From a virus (lineage: Duplodnaviria; Heunggongvirae; Uroviricota; Caudoviricetes; Herelleviridae): a DNA stretch of 64,000 nt. Positions 1 to 9,936 of the stretch are shown here, piece after piece (the first letter of the stretch is position 1; every line of letters begins with the position of its first letter). The DNA is taken from the IMG/VR virus record IMGVR_UViG_2974502414_000001; one strand, 5' to 3'. The position numbers and the translations under genes were made by a program. Under the pieces are notes generated by a model. The model was given only the letters and a program-made list of their open reading frames with translations. It had not been told where the DNA came from and searched no databases.

Positions 1-1845
1 GGTGGTAACCCTATGGCAGGTGGAATGCCTAGTGGTGGTGGTTCACCTAAGGGTGGAGGCTCACCTAAAGGTGGGGGCACTCGTTCTACTGGAGGAAAAA
101 TACTTGATAGCGCTAAAGGTCTTGGAGGATTCCTAGTAGGTGGCGCAGGATGGAAAGGTATGTTTGGCGGGGAGTCTAAAGGTAAAGGCTTTAAACAAAC
201 ATCTAAAGAAGCCTGGTCAGGTACTAGAAAAGTATTTAATAGAGATAATGGTAGAAAAGCCATGGATAAATCTAAAGATATAGCTAAAGGTACCGGTAGT
301 GGTCTTAAAGATATCTATAATGATAGTATATTTGGTAAAGAAAGAAGACAAAACCTAGGAGAAAAAGCTAAAGGTTTTGGTGGCAAAGCTAAGGGTCTCT
401 ATGGTAAGTTTGCTGATAAGTTTGGTGACGGAGGTAAAAATGGTATTCTTTCACAATCACCAAAAGCAGGTGGAAGTGGCATAGGGAAACTTGGAAAACT
501 TGCAGGTGGACTTGGAAAAGGAGCCGGAGTTTTAGGTGTTGCTACGTCTGCCTTATCATTAATACCTGCTTTAGCTTCCGGAGATAGTAAAGCTATCGGC
601 GGAGGAATAGGCTCTATGGGTGGAGGAATGGCAGGTGCATCAGCAGGAGCTTCTATAGGAGCTTTATTTGGTGGTGTAGGTGCAATACCTGGAGCTTTAA
701 TAGGTGGAGCTATAGGTTCCTTCGGAGGAGGAGCTGTTGGTGAAAAAGTCGGAGACATGGCTAAAAAAGCTAACACTAAAGAAGGATGGAACCTAGGATG
801 GACTAACGGAGATAAGGATGGTAAGAATAAATTCCAAGATTCTTTATTAGGAAAACCTATATCTAAAGCATGGAGCGGTATAACAGGTCTCTTTGATAAT
901 GACGCTGAAGCATCCGAAGAAGATAGTAAAGATAAGAAAAAAGGTGTTAAAGGCGTTAAAGGAGATACTAAGAAGAAAGAAAAAATGACAGCAGAACAAC
1001 TTAGAGAAAAGAATAACCAATCTGAAACTAAGAATCTTAAAATCTATAGTGATTTACTTGACAGAGCTCAGAAAATTATTGAGAGTGCTAAAGGTATTAA
1101 TATAGATGGAGGAACTTCTGATAGTGGTTCTGATAGTGGAGGCTCTGCATCTGATGTAGGTGGAGAAGGCGCAGAGAAGATGTACAAGTTCCTTAAAGGA
1201 AAAGGACTATCTGATAATCAGGTAGGAGCTGTTATGGGGAACTTACAACAAGAATCTAATCTTGACCCTAATGCTAAGAATGCTTCTAGTGGAGCATTTG
1301 GTATTGCTCAGTGGTTAGGGGCTAGAAAAACAGGATTAGAAAATTTTGCTAAATCTAAAGGTAAAAAATCTAGTGACATGGATGTTCAATTAGATTACCT
1401 ATGGAAAGAAATGCAGTCTGATTATGAAAGCAATAATCTTAAAAATGCAGGTTGGAGCAAAGGTGGAAGCTTAGAGCAGAATACAAAAGCATTTGCTACT
1501 GGATTTGAACGTATGGGAGCAAACGAGGCTATGATGGGTACTCGTGTTAACAATGCTAAGGAATTCAAGAAGAAATACGGAGGCTCCGGTGGCGGAGGTG
1601 GTGGAGGAGCCCTATCCTCTACTTACCAAGAAGCTATGAGTAATCCTGTATTAACTACTGGTTCTAATTATAGGGGCTCTAATGATGCTTCTAATGCTTC
1701 TACAACTAACAGAATAACCGTCAATGTTAATGTTCAAGGTGGAAATAATCCTGAAGAAACTGGAGACATTATCGGAGGAAGAATTAGAGAAGTTCTAGAT
1801 AGTAACATGGATATCTTTGCAAATGAACATAAGAGAAGTTATTAG
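1..1845 (+). CDS. Tape measure protein / tail lysin, C-terminal part (5' truncated by window), ending in a lysozyme-like (lytic transglycosylase) domain
   Basis: Frame open from base 1; Gly/Ala-rich TMP-like sequence; C-terminal GNLQQESNLDPNAKN...GAFGIAQW motif of phage tail lysozymes; directly upstream of tail-tip genes. Confidence 0.88.
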   Translation, partial: GGNPMAGGMPSGGGSPKGGGSPKGGGTRSTGGKILDSAKGLGGFLVGGAGWKGMFGGESKGKGFKQTSKEAWSGTRKVFNRDNGRKAMDKSKDIAKGTGSGLKDIYNDSIFGKERRQNLGEKAKGFGGKAKGLYGKFADKFGDGGKNGILSQSPKAGGSGIGKLGKLAGGLGKGAGVLGVATSALSLIPALASGDSKAIGGGIGSMGGGMAGASAGASIGALFGGVGAIPGALIGGAIGSFGGGAVGEKVGDMAKKANTKEGWNLGWTNGDKDGKNKFQDSLLGKPISKAWSGITGLFDNDAEASEEDSKDKKKGVKGVKGDTKKKEKMTAEQLREKNNQSETKNLKIYSDLLDRAQKIIESAKGINIDGGTSDSGSDSGGSASDVGGEGAEKMYKFLKGKGLSDNQVGAVMGNLQQESNLDPNAKNASSGAFGIAQWLGARKTGLENFAKSKGKKSSDMDVQLDYLWKEMQSDYESNNLKNAGWSKGGSLEQNTKAFATGFERMGANEAMMGTRVNNAKEFKKKYGGSGGGGGGGALSSTYQEAMSNPVLTTGSNYRGSNDASNASTTNRITVNVNVQGGNNPEETGDIIGGRIREVLDSNMDIFANEHKRSY

Positions 1846-1855
1846 TAATTTTGTA

Positions 1856-1884
1856 TTGACACAAGAGTAGTATCATAGTATACT
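1856..1884 (+). promoter_or_regulatory. sigmaA-type promoter TTGACA-N17-TATACT overlapped by an 11-bp inverted repeat (1863-1873/1880-1890)
   Basis: Perfect -35, 17-nt spacer, -10; AAGAGTAGTAT/ATACTACTCTT inverted repeat. Confidence 0.8.
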
Positions 1885-1923
1885 ACTCTTATACATATAA
1901 AAAATAAAAGGAAGTATGTGTAT

Positions 1924-4350
1924 ATGCGTAGAATAAGAAGACCTAAGGTAAGAATAGAAATAGTTACAGATGATAATACATTTACATTGAGATTTGAAGA
2001 TACACGAGACTATAATGGTGATGAGTTTGGAGCTAAACTTTTAGGATTCCAAACTAAAAACTCTATGGAAGATGATAGTTCAGTTTTCCAAATAAATATG
2101 GCAGGAGATACTTATTGGGATAAGCTAGTTATGGCTAATGATATCATAAGAATATTTATTACACCTAATGATGACCCTAACGATAAAGAAGGAAAACAAG
2201 AACGACTTATCCAGGTAGGTATGGTTTCTCAAGTATCAAAAGTAGGTAGTTACGGTAATGACCAAACTCAATTTAGAATAACAGGTCAATCTTTTGTAAA
2301 ACCTTTTATGAAATTTGGATTAGGCGTTATTCAGGAAGTTCAAGCTGTATTACCTGAAGTAGGTTGGCTTATTGATGGTGATGGAGATAATGAAGTAAAA
2401 TTTACTGGTAGCTCAGCTCATGAAGTAATGACTGGTATTATACGTAGATTTATACCTTATATGAAATATAACTATACTGAAAAAACATATAATACAATTG
2501 ATAACTATCTTGATTATGATGATTTAAGTAGTTGGGATGAGTTTGAAAAACTTACAGAAGTTTCAGCCTTTACTAATTTTGATGGGTCATTAAAACAGTT
2601 AATGGATATGGTAACAGCTAGACCTTTTAATGAGTTATTCTTCAAAAATTCAGAAAAAACACCTGGAAAGGCTCAACTTGTATTAAGAAAGACCCCTTTT
2701 AATCCTACTGAGTGGAGAGCTTTAGATATGATTAAAGTACCTACTGAGGATTTTATAGAAGAGGATGTAGGTAAAAGTGATGTAGAGACATATTCTATAT
2801 TTACAGCAACACCTGCAGGTATGTTGAAAGAGCTTAACGGTGATGTATTTTCTAAACCACAATTCCACCATGAATTAACTGATAGATATGGTTATACTAA
2901 ATTTGAAGTAGAAAATATTTATCTTAGTACAAAATCAGGTTCAGCTACTGAGGATTCAGATTCTTCAGGTGATGATAATGGCACAGAACGAGGAACTTAT
3001 TCTAAAATTATGAAAGATTTAAGTAACTATGGAAGAGATAATATATCTAAAGGTATAGATAAGTATACAAGTAAATTATCTTCAAAATATAAAAACTTAA
3101 AAAAAGCCCAAGCTAAAAAAATTATAGAGAAGTTTGTTAAAGAAGGAAAAGTAACAGAAAAAGAATATGAAAAAATAACAGGTAATAAGGTAGATGATGA
3201 ATTAACATCAGATAACAGACCGAAGTTGACAAAAGATAAATTAAAGAGTATACTAAAAGAGAAGTTTAAAACACAAGATGATTTTAATAATTCTAAGAAA
3301 AAGAAAAAAGCTAAGACAGATGCACTTAAAGAATTGACAACTAAATATCGTTTTGGTAATAAAACACATGCTACAACTTTATTAGATGAATATATTAAAT
3401 ATAAAGGAGAGCCACCTAACGATGAGGCTTTTGATAAATATCTTAAAGCTATTGAAGGTGTTAGTAATGTAGCTACAGACACAGGTTCAGATGCAAGTGA
3501 TAGCCCTTTAGTTATGTTTTCTAGAATGCTATTTAATTGGTATCATGGTAACCCTAACTTCTATGCAGGAGATATTATTGTTTTAGGAGACCCTAAGTAT
3601 GACCTAGGTAAAAGATTATTTATTGAAGATAAGCAACGAGGAGACACTTGGGAGTTCTATATTGAATCTGTAGAACATAAATTCGATTATAAACAGGGGT
3701 ATTATACAACTGTAGGAGTAACTAGAGGTTTAAAAGACGCTATTCTAGAAGATGGTAAAGGTAGTCCGCATAGATTTGCAGGATTATGGAATCAATCATC
3801 AGACTTCATGGGAGGTCTTATGGGTGAAGATACTTCTAAAGAACTTAAAGAAAAAGGTGTAGCAGAGAAACAAAGTAGTGGAGATAAAGATGGTGGTTCT
3901 GATAGTGGTGGAGCTCAAGATGGTGGCTCTTTAGATTCACTTAAAAAATATAACGGCAAACTTCCTAAGCATGACCCAAGTTTTGTTCAACCTGGTAACC
4001 GACATTATAAGTATCAGTGTACATGGTATGCTTATAATAGAAGAGGTCAATTAGGCATACCTGTGCCTTTATGGGGGGACGCCGCCGACTGGATAGGTGG
4101 TGCTAAAGGAGCAGGTTATGGTGTAGGTAGAACACCTAAACAAGGTGCTTGTGTTATATGGCAAAGAGGAGTTCAAGGAGGTAGCCCACAATATGGTCAC
4201 GTAGCGTTTGTAGAGAAAGTATTAGATGGAGGTAAAAAAATATTTATCTCTGAACATAACTATGCTACCCCTAATGGATATGGTACTAGAACGATAGATA
4301 TGAGTTCAGCCATAGGTAAGAATGCACAATTCATTTACGATAAGAAATAA
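1924..4350 (+). CDS. Tail-associated lysin / baseplate hub protein with C-terminal CHAP peptidase (808 aa)
   Basis: CHAP motifs QCTWYAYNRR, WGDAADW, YGHVAFVE, ISEHNY; AAGGAAG RBS favours ATG 1924. Confidence 0.88.
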   Translation: MRRIRRPKVRIEIVTDDNTFTLRFEDTRDYNGDEFGAKLLGFQTKNSMEDDSSVFQINMAGDTYWDKLVMANDIIRIFITPNDDPNDKEGKQERLIQVGMVSQVSKVGSYGNDQTQFRITGQSFVKPFMKFGLGVIQEVQAVLPEVGWLIDGDGDNEVKFTGSSAHEVMTGIIRRFIPYMKYNYTEKTYNTIDNYLDYDDLSSWDEFEKLTEVSAFTNFDGSLKQLMDMVTARPFNELFFKNSEKTPGKAQLVLRKTPFNPTEWRALDMIKVPTEDFIEEDVGKSDVETYSIFTATPAGMLKELNGDVFSKPQFHHELTDRYGYTKFEVENIYLSTKSGSATEDSDSSGDDNGTERGTYSKIMKDLSNYGRDNISKGIDKYTSKLSSKYKNLKKAQAKKIIEKFVKEGKVTEKEYEKITGNKVDDELTSDNRPKLTKDKLKSILKEKFKTQDDFNNSKKKKKAKTDALKELTTKYRFGNKTHATTLLDEYIKYKGEPPNDEAFDKYLKAIEGVSNVATDTGSDASDSPLVMFSRMLFNWYHGNPNFYAGDIIVLGDPKYDLGKRLFIEDKQRGDTWEFYIESVEHKFDYKQGYYTTVGVTRGLKDAILEDGKGSPHRFAGLWNQSSDFMGGLMGEDTSKELKEKGVAEKQSSGDKDGGSDSGGAQDGGSLDSLKKYNGKLPKHDPSFVQPGNRHYKYQCTWYAYNRRGQLGIPVPLWGDAADWIGGAKGAGYGVGRTPKQGACVIWQRGVQGGSPQYGHVAFVEKVLDGGKKIFISEHNYATPNGYGTRTIDMSSAIGKNAQFIYDKK

Positions 4351-4363
4351 AGGAGGATAGTCT

Positions 4364-5251
4364 ATGGCAACAGATAAAGAAGCTAAAGATGTTATTGATA
4401 AATTTATAGACAATGTATTTAATTTTGATGTACTTACAAAAGAAAGAATAAAAGAAAAAGATGAAGAAATTAAAAAAATAACTACAGATGATATGTATGA
4501 AAAGGTTGTGTATACACGACCTTATGTTGGAGTAATACAAAGCCTTAACCCTCAGCATGTTCAGTATGAATCATTTTCTAATAATGGTTATGATATAGAG
4601 GCAGAATTAAGTTTCAGGAAAGTAAGTTATTTAGTTGATAAAGGGTCTATACCTACAGATTCTTTATCTACTTTAACAGTTCATTTAGTAGAACGAAATC
4701 AAGAACTATTAATAGATTACTTTGATGAGATACAAGATGTGTTGTATGGAGAATATATGGAAGAAGAATATGTATTTGATGAAGATGTACCATTAAGTAC
4801 GATACTAGCATTAGACTTAAATGATAATCTTAAATCCTTATCAAATATAAAGTATATGTTCAAAGGTGCTCCTAAAGAGAATCCATTTGGAACAGATAAA
4901 GATGTTTATATAGATACTTATAACTTATTATACTGGTTATATTTAGGTGAAGATGAAGAGTTAGCATATCCTATGAATATTAACTACTTCTTTACAGAGG
5001 GAAGATTCTTTACTATATTCGGTAAAGGACATAAGTATAAGGTAGATGTTAGTAAATTTATAGTTGGAGATATATTATTCTTTGGTAGAAGTGATACTAA
5101 TATAGGTATTTATGTAGGAGATGGGGAGTTTATATCTATGATGGGTAAATTCCCTAAAGATGAAACACCTATAGGAAAATATAAACTTGATGATTACTGG
5201 AATGAATTTAACGGAAGAGTTATGAGATTCGATGAAGAGGTGTATATTTAA
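4364..5251 (+). CDS. Tail-tip protein with degenerate NlpC/P60-like C-terminal domain (295 aa)
   Basis: GDILFFG...NIGIYVGDGEFI resembles the NlpC/P60 core; RBS AAGGAGG. Confidence 0.65.
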   Translation: MATDKEAKDVIDKFIDNVFNFDVLTKERIKEKDEEIKKITTDDMYEKVVYTRPYVGVIQSLNPQHVQYESFSNNGYDIEAELSFRKVSYLVDKGSIPTDSLSTLTVHLVERNQELLIDYFDEIQDVLYGEYMEEEYVFDEDVPLSTILALDLNDNLKSLSNIKYMFKGAPKENPFGTDKDVYIDTYNLLYWLYLGEDEELAYPMNINYFFTEGRFFTIFGKGHKYKVDVSKFIVGDILFFGRSDTNIGIYVGDGEFISMMGKFPKDETPIGKYKLDDYWNEFNGRVMRFDEEVYI

Positions 5252-7797
5252 TGGTAGTAAGATTCCAATCTTCCATGGGGAGAAGTTTAAAAAGAGTAGA
5301 TTCGGATGATTTAAATGTAAAAGGATTAGTTTTAGCTACAGTTAGTAAAATTAATTATAAATATCAATCAGTAGAAGTTAAAGTTAACAATTTAACTCTA
5401 GGAAGCCGTATAGGTGATGATGGTAGCTTAGCTGTACCTTATCCTAAATCTTTCATAGGAAGAACACCTGAAGGAAGCGTATTCGGTACAAAACCTCTTA
5501 TTACTGAAGGTTCTGTAGTATTAATAGGGTTTCTAAATGATGATATAAATAGTCCTATTATTTTAAGTGTTTATGGTGATAATGAACAAAATAAAATGAT
5601 TAATACCAATCCTCTAGATGGAGGTAAGTTTGATACAGAAAGTGTTTATAAATATAGTAGTTCACTATATGAAATTTTACCATCTTTAAATTATAAATAT
5701 GATGATGGAGAAGGAACAAGTATTAGGACTTATAATGGTAAATCATTTTTCTCTATGACATCAGGTGAAGAAGAGAAACCTCAGGCAACAGATTTTTATA
5801 CTGGAACTGAGTATCAAGATTTATTTACTTCTTATTATGGTAATAAGACATTAATTGAGCCTAGAATACAAAAGGCTCCTAATATGTTATTTAAACATCA
5901 AGGAGTTTTTTATGATGATGGCACGCCGGATAATCATATAACTACTTTATTTATATCTGAAAGAGGGGATATAAGAGCCTCAGTTTTAAATACAGAAACA
6001 CAGAAAAGAACTACACAGGAAATGTCAAGTGATGGGTCTTATAGAGTTATCAAACAAGATGACGATTTAATGTTGGATGAAGCTCAAGTTTGGATTGAGT
6101 ATGGTATTAGTGAAGATAATAAATTTTATATTAAAAATGACAAGCATAAATTTGAATTTACTGATGAGGGAATCTATATAGATGATAAACCTATGTTAGA
6201 AAACTTAGATGAGAGTATAGCAGAGGCTATGAAGAATTTGAATGAAATACAAAAAGAACTCGATGATATAAACTACCTTCTCGAGGGTGTAGGTAAAGAC
6301 AATTTAGAAGAATTAATAGAGTCTACAAAAGAGTCTATAGAAGCTTCTAAAAAAGCAACTTCAGATGTCAATAGACTTACAACTCAGATAGCAGAAGTGA
6401 GTGGTAGAACTGAAGGTATTATAACACAGTTCCAAAAATTTAGAGATGAGACTTTTAAAGATTTTTATGAAGATGCTTCTACTGTTATTAATGAAGTAAA
6501 TCAGAATTTCCCTACTATGAAAACAGATGTTAAGACCTTAAAGACTAAAGTTGATAACCTAGAGAAAACTGAAATACCAAATATTAAAACTAGATTAACA
6601 GAACTAGAGAACAATAATAACAATGCTGATAAAATAATCTCAGATAGAGGAGAACATATAGGTGCTATGATACAGTTAGAGGAAAATGTCACAGTACCTA
6701 TGAGAAAATATATGCCAATACCATGGAGCAAAGTTACTTATAATAATGCAGAGTTTTGGGATTCTAATAATCCTACTCGATTAGTAGTACCTAAAGGAAT
6801 AACAAAAGTAAGAGTTGCAGGTAATGTTTTGTGGGACTCTAACGCCACAGGACAACGTATGTTGAGAATATTGAAAAATGGTACTTATAGTATAGGATTA
6901 CCTTATACAAGAGATGTAGCTATATCTACAGCACCTCAGAATGGTACTAGTGGAGTTATTCCTGTTAAAGAAGGAGATTACTTTGAGTTTGAAGCTTTCC
7001 AAGACTCAGAAGGTGACAGACAATTCAGAGCAGACCCTTATACATGGTTTAGTATTGAAGCTATAGAATTAGAAACTGAAACTATGGAGAAAGACTTTAT
7101 GCTTATAGGACATAGAGGAGCAACCGGATACACAGATGAGCACACGATAAAAGGATATCAAATGGCTTTAGATAAAGGTGCAGATTATATAGAATTGGAT
7201 TTACAATTAACAAAAGATAATAAGTTATTGTGTATGCATGATTCTACTATAGACAGAACAACAACAGGAACAGGTAAGGTAGGAGATATGACCTTATCTT
7301 ATATACAAACTAACTTTACATCTCTCAATGGTGAGCCGATACCATCTCTTGATGATGTACTAAATCATTTTGGAACAAAAGTTAAATATTATATAGAAAC
7401 TAAACGTCCGTTTGATGCTAATATGGATAGAGAATTATTAACTCAATTAAAAGCAAAAGGATTAATAGGAATAGGTTCAGAGAGATTCCAAGTAATTATT
7501 CAATCATTTGCTAGAGAATCTTTAATTAATATTCATAATCAATTCTCTAATATACCTTTAGCTTACCTAACAAGTACATTTTCTGAAAGTGAAATGGATG
7601 ATTGTTTAAGTTATGGTTTTTATGCTATTGCGCCTAAATATACAACTATAACTAAAGAATTAGTAGATTTAGCTCATAGTAAAGGGCTTAAAGTCCATGC
7701 ATGGACGGTAAACACAAAAGAAGAAATGCAAAGCTTAATACAAATGGGTGTAGATGGATTCTTTACAAACTACCTAGATGAATATAAAAAGATTTAA
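5251..7797 (+). CDS. Central tail spike-type protein with C-terminal glycerophosphoryl diester phosphodiesterase (848 aa)
   Basis: C-terminal IGHRG...HT...GADYIELDLQLTKD...MHD and WTVN GDPD motifs; coiled coil in the middle; gp5/VgrG-like N-terminus (inferred). Confidence 0.85.
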   Translation: MVVRFQSSMGRSLKRVDSDDLNVKGLVLATVSKINYKYQSVEVKVNNLTLGSRIGDDGSLAVPYPKSFIGRTPEGSVFGTKPLITEGSVVLIGFLNDDINSPIILSVYGDNEQNKMINTNPLDGGKFDTESVYKYSSSLYEILPSLNYKYDDGEGTSIRTYNGKSFFSMTSGEEEKPQATDFYTGTEYQDLFTSYYGNKTLIEPRIQKAPNMLFKHQGVFYDDGTPDNHITTLFISERGDIRASVLNTETQKRTTQEMSSDGSYRVIKQDDDLMLDEAQVWIEYGISEDNKFYIKNDKHKFEFTDEGIYIDDKPMLENLDESIAEAMKNLNEIQKELDDINYLLEGVGKDNLEELIESTKESIEASKKATSDVNRLTTQIAEVSGRTEGIITQFQKFRDETFKDFYEDASTVINEVNQNFPTMKTDVKTLKTKVDNLEKTEIPNIKTRLTELENNNNNADKIISDRGEHIGAMIQLEENVTVPMRKYMPIPWSKVTYNNAEFWDSNNPTRLVVPKGITKVRVAGNVLWDSNATGQRMLRILKNGTYSIGLPYTRDVAISTAPQNGTSGVIPVKEGDYFEFEAFQDSEGDRQFRADPYTWFSIEAIELETETMEKDFMLIGHRGATGYTDEHTIKGYQMALDKGADYIELDLQLTKDNKLLCMHDSTIDRTTTGTGKVGDMTLSYIQTNFTSLNGEPIPSLDDVLNHFGTKVKYYIETKRPFDANMDRELLTQLKAKGLIGIGSERFQVIIQSFARESLINIHNQFSNIPLAYLTSTFSESEMDDCLSYGFYAIAPKYTTITKELVDLAHSKGLKVHAWTVNTKEEMQSLIQMGVDGFFTNYLDEYKKI

Positions 7798-7801
7798 TAT
7801 T

Positions 7802-7828
7802 AAAGACCTATTAATTTAGGTCTTTTTT
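7802..7828 (+). terminator. Rho-independent terminator
   Basis: AAAGACCTA-ttaatt-TAGGTCTTT followed by T-run just after the stop codon. Confidence 0.85.
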
Positions 7829-7850
7829 AGTTGTAATTTAAACTAGTTCG

Positions 7851-7860
7851 TGATATATTA
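7851..7860 (+). promoter_or_regulatory. Putative phage late promoter (TGATATATTA)
   Basis: One mismatch to the TGTTATATTA late motif I recall for Kayviruses; no -35; precedes baseplate operon; motif recurs at 14129, 48577, 56033. Confidence 0.6.
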
Positions 7861-7902
7861 GTAGTATGAGATTTATATACATACTGAAAAGGAGAGGATA
7901 AA

Positions 7903-8694
7903 ATGCCACAATCAGATGGAATAAGTAATCTTCATAGAATAGCTTTACGCTTCCCTAAAGAAGGCGGTGGTTATGATATGTATAGATTTAAAGTTAACCC
8001 TGAGAACTACACAATAGATTCACCACAACGTACGACAGCAATTAAAACAAAATCAGATATTGTAATAGAAGATTATGGTAAAGACATAGAAGTTATTAAC
8101 TTCACAGGTACAACTGGTTTTAGACCTGTTAGAGAAGCAGATGGATTAAAAACAGGTAAGCAGAAAATGGAAGAGTTACAAAGTAGAGTTAGTGAATATG
8201 CTATGCAAGGTGGCAGTGGTAATGTAAGTGGTTCTTACTTACAATTTTTTAACTTTACAGATGATAGTTATTATAAAGTTCATTTAGCTCCTCAGGGGTT
8301 AAAGATAACTAGGTCTAAAGATGAACCATTACTTTTTAGATATGAAATAACATTAGTAGTTATTGGTTCATTAACAGAAGCAGATAGAAGTGCTGTAACA
8401 ACAGAAGAGTTTGGTAACGTTAAACCTAATGCTTCTCAAAGAGTAGATGAGGGTATAAAAGAATTAGATAAAAATGCTCGTAAAACGAGAGATAGAAACA
8501 ATCAAGAAATATCTAGAAGAGAAAATACAATACCTAAATCTACAGGAGATAATACGAACGAGGGTAATAGACTTAAGCAAAGCTTCCCTAGTAGTTCTAT
8601 ATATAATCCTAGACAATCTACTAACGGATTAAAAGGTAATATTGACAATATGGCGCTGATAATAGGTTACGGTGATGGAGGTGTATCTAGCTAA
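7903..8694 (+). CDS. Baseplate / tail-tube initiator-type structural protein (263 aa)
   Basis: Strong RBS AAGGAGAGG; position and size in conserved Kayvirus baseplate operon. Confidence 0.6.
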   Translation: MPQSDGISNLHRIALRFPKEGGGYDMYRFKVNPENYTIDSPQRTTAIKTKSDIVIEDYGKDIEVINFTGTTGFRPVREADGLKTGKQKMEELQSRVSEYAMQGGSGNVSGSYLQFFNFTDDSYYKVHLAPQGLKITRSKDEPLLFRYEITLVVIGSLTEADRSAVTTEEFGNVKPNASQRVDEGIKELDKNARKTRDRNNQEISRRENTIPKSTGDNTNEGNRLKQSFPSSSIYNPRQSTNGLKGNIDNMALIIGYGDGGVSS

Positions 8695-9218
8695 TGAATA
8701 ATTTTATACCACAACCTCAAGGTCTACTTAGATTTTTAAATGCCCTAGATACAGATTTAACTTCTTCTCATATGAATTTACTGGATGAAGAGGTATCATT
8801 TGTATCTAAATTTTATACACCACAGCTACAATTAAGTGAATTAGCAAAAAAAGTATTGACAAATATAAAGACAGATGATATACCTGTATTAGAAAGAGAA
8901 TTTAATGATAATACAATTATCCATAAAGCTAACGATACATTACTAAAAGTACAGGCTCCAAGAATGTATATGATTCTACAGTCGATTGTACTTGAAGCAT
9001 ATGCTATTGTTAATTGCTTTGTAGAAAATCCGAGCTCTTTAAAATACTTAACTGAAGAAGATGTTAGTATAACACGGGAAAATTTAAATTATGTAGCTGA
9101 CTACTTAGGTAACTATGATGACTATAATAGTGTTGTCTTAGACTTAAGAGATTTAGACTTATGTTTTAGTGCTATAGAATTACAATTACCTCTAATCAAA
9201 AAGGAGGCTAACGTATAA
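8694..9218 (+). CDS. Baseplate-region structural protein (174 aa)
   Basis: TAATG coupling to both neighbours; RBS GGGAGG. Confidence 0.6.
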   Translation: MNNFIPQPQGLLRFLNALDTDLTSSHMNLLDEEVSFVSKFYTPQLQLSELAKKVLTNIKTDDIPVLEREFNDNTIIHKANDTLLKVQAPRMYMILQSIVLEAYAIVNCFVENPSSLKYLTEEDVSITRENLNYVADYLGNYDDYNSVVLDLRDLDLCFSAIELQLPLIKKEANV

Positions 9219-9922
9219 TGAGATTTAAGAAGCACGTAGTTCAACATGAAGAAACGATGCAAGCAATAGCACAGAGATACTATGGTGATGTGAGTTATTG
9301 GATAGACCTAGTAGAGCATAATAATTTAAAGTACCCCTATTTAGTAGAAACTGATGAAGAAAAAATGAAAGACCCTGAACGATTGGCTTCTACAGGTGAT
9401 ACACTGATTATACCTATAGAATCTGATTTAACAGATGTATCAGCAAAAGAAATTAATTCTAGAGATAAAGATGTACTAGTTGAATTAGCTTTAGGAAGAG
9501 ATTTAAATATTACTGCAGATGAAAAGTATTTTAATGAACATGGTACTAGTGATAATATACTAGCATTCAGCACAAATGGTAATGGAGATTTAGATACTGT
9601 AAAAGGCATAGATAATATGAAACAGCAATTACAGGCACGTTTATTAACTCCTAGAGGTTCTTTAATGCTACATCCTAATTACGGTTCAGATTTGCATAAT
9701 TTATTTGGTCTTAATATACCTGAACAAGCTACATTAATAGAAATGGAAGTATTGAGAACATTAACATCAGATAATAGAGTAAAATCTGCTAATCTAATTG
9801 ATTGGAAAATTCAAGGTAATGTTTATTCAGGTCAATTTTCAGTGGAAATAAAATCTGTTGAAGAATCAATAAATTTTGTCTTAGGACAAGATGAGGAAGG
9901 AATTTTTGCTTTATTTGAATAG
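9218..9922 (+). CDS. Baseplate wedge subunit with N-terminal LysM-like and C-terminal gp25-like domains (234 aa)
   Basis: HVVQHEETMQAIAQRYYG LysM pattern; RLLTPRGSLMLHPNYGS gp25/W-type motif. Confidence 0.8.
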   Translation: MRFKKHVVQHEETMQAIAQRYYGDVSYWIDLVEHNNLKYPYLVETDEEKMKDPERLASTGDTLIIPIESDLTDVSAKEINSRDKDVLVELALGRDLNITADEKYFNEHGTSDNILAFSTNGNGDLDTVKGIDNMKQQLQARLLTPRGSLMLHPNYGSDLHNLFGLNIPEQATLIEMEVLRTLTSDNRVKSANLIDWKIQGNVYSGQFSVEIKSVEESINFVLGQDEEGIFALFE

Positions 9923-9936
9923 GAAAGGATTAAATT

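Noticed and set aside
25-80. GGGSPK tandem repeat in the tape-measure gene
   Set aside because: Ordinary low-complexity Gly-rich coding repeat; not CRISPR-like or DGR-like.
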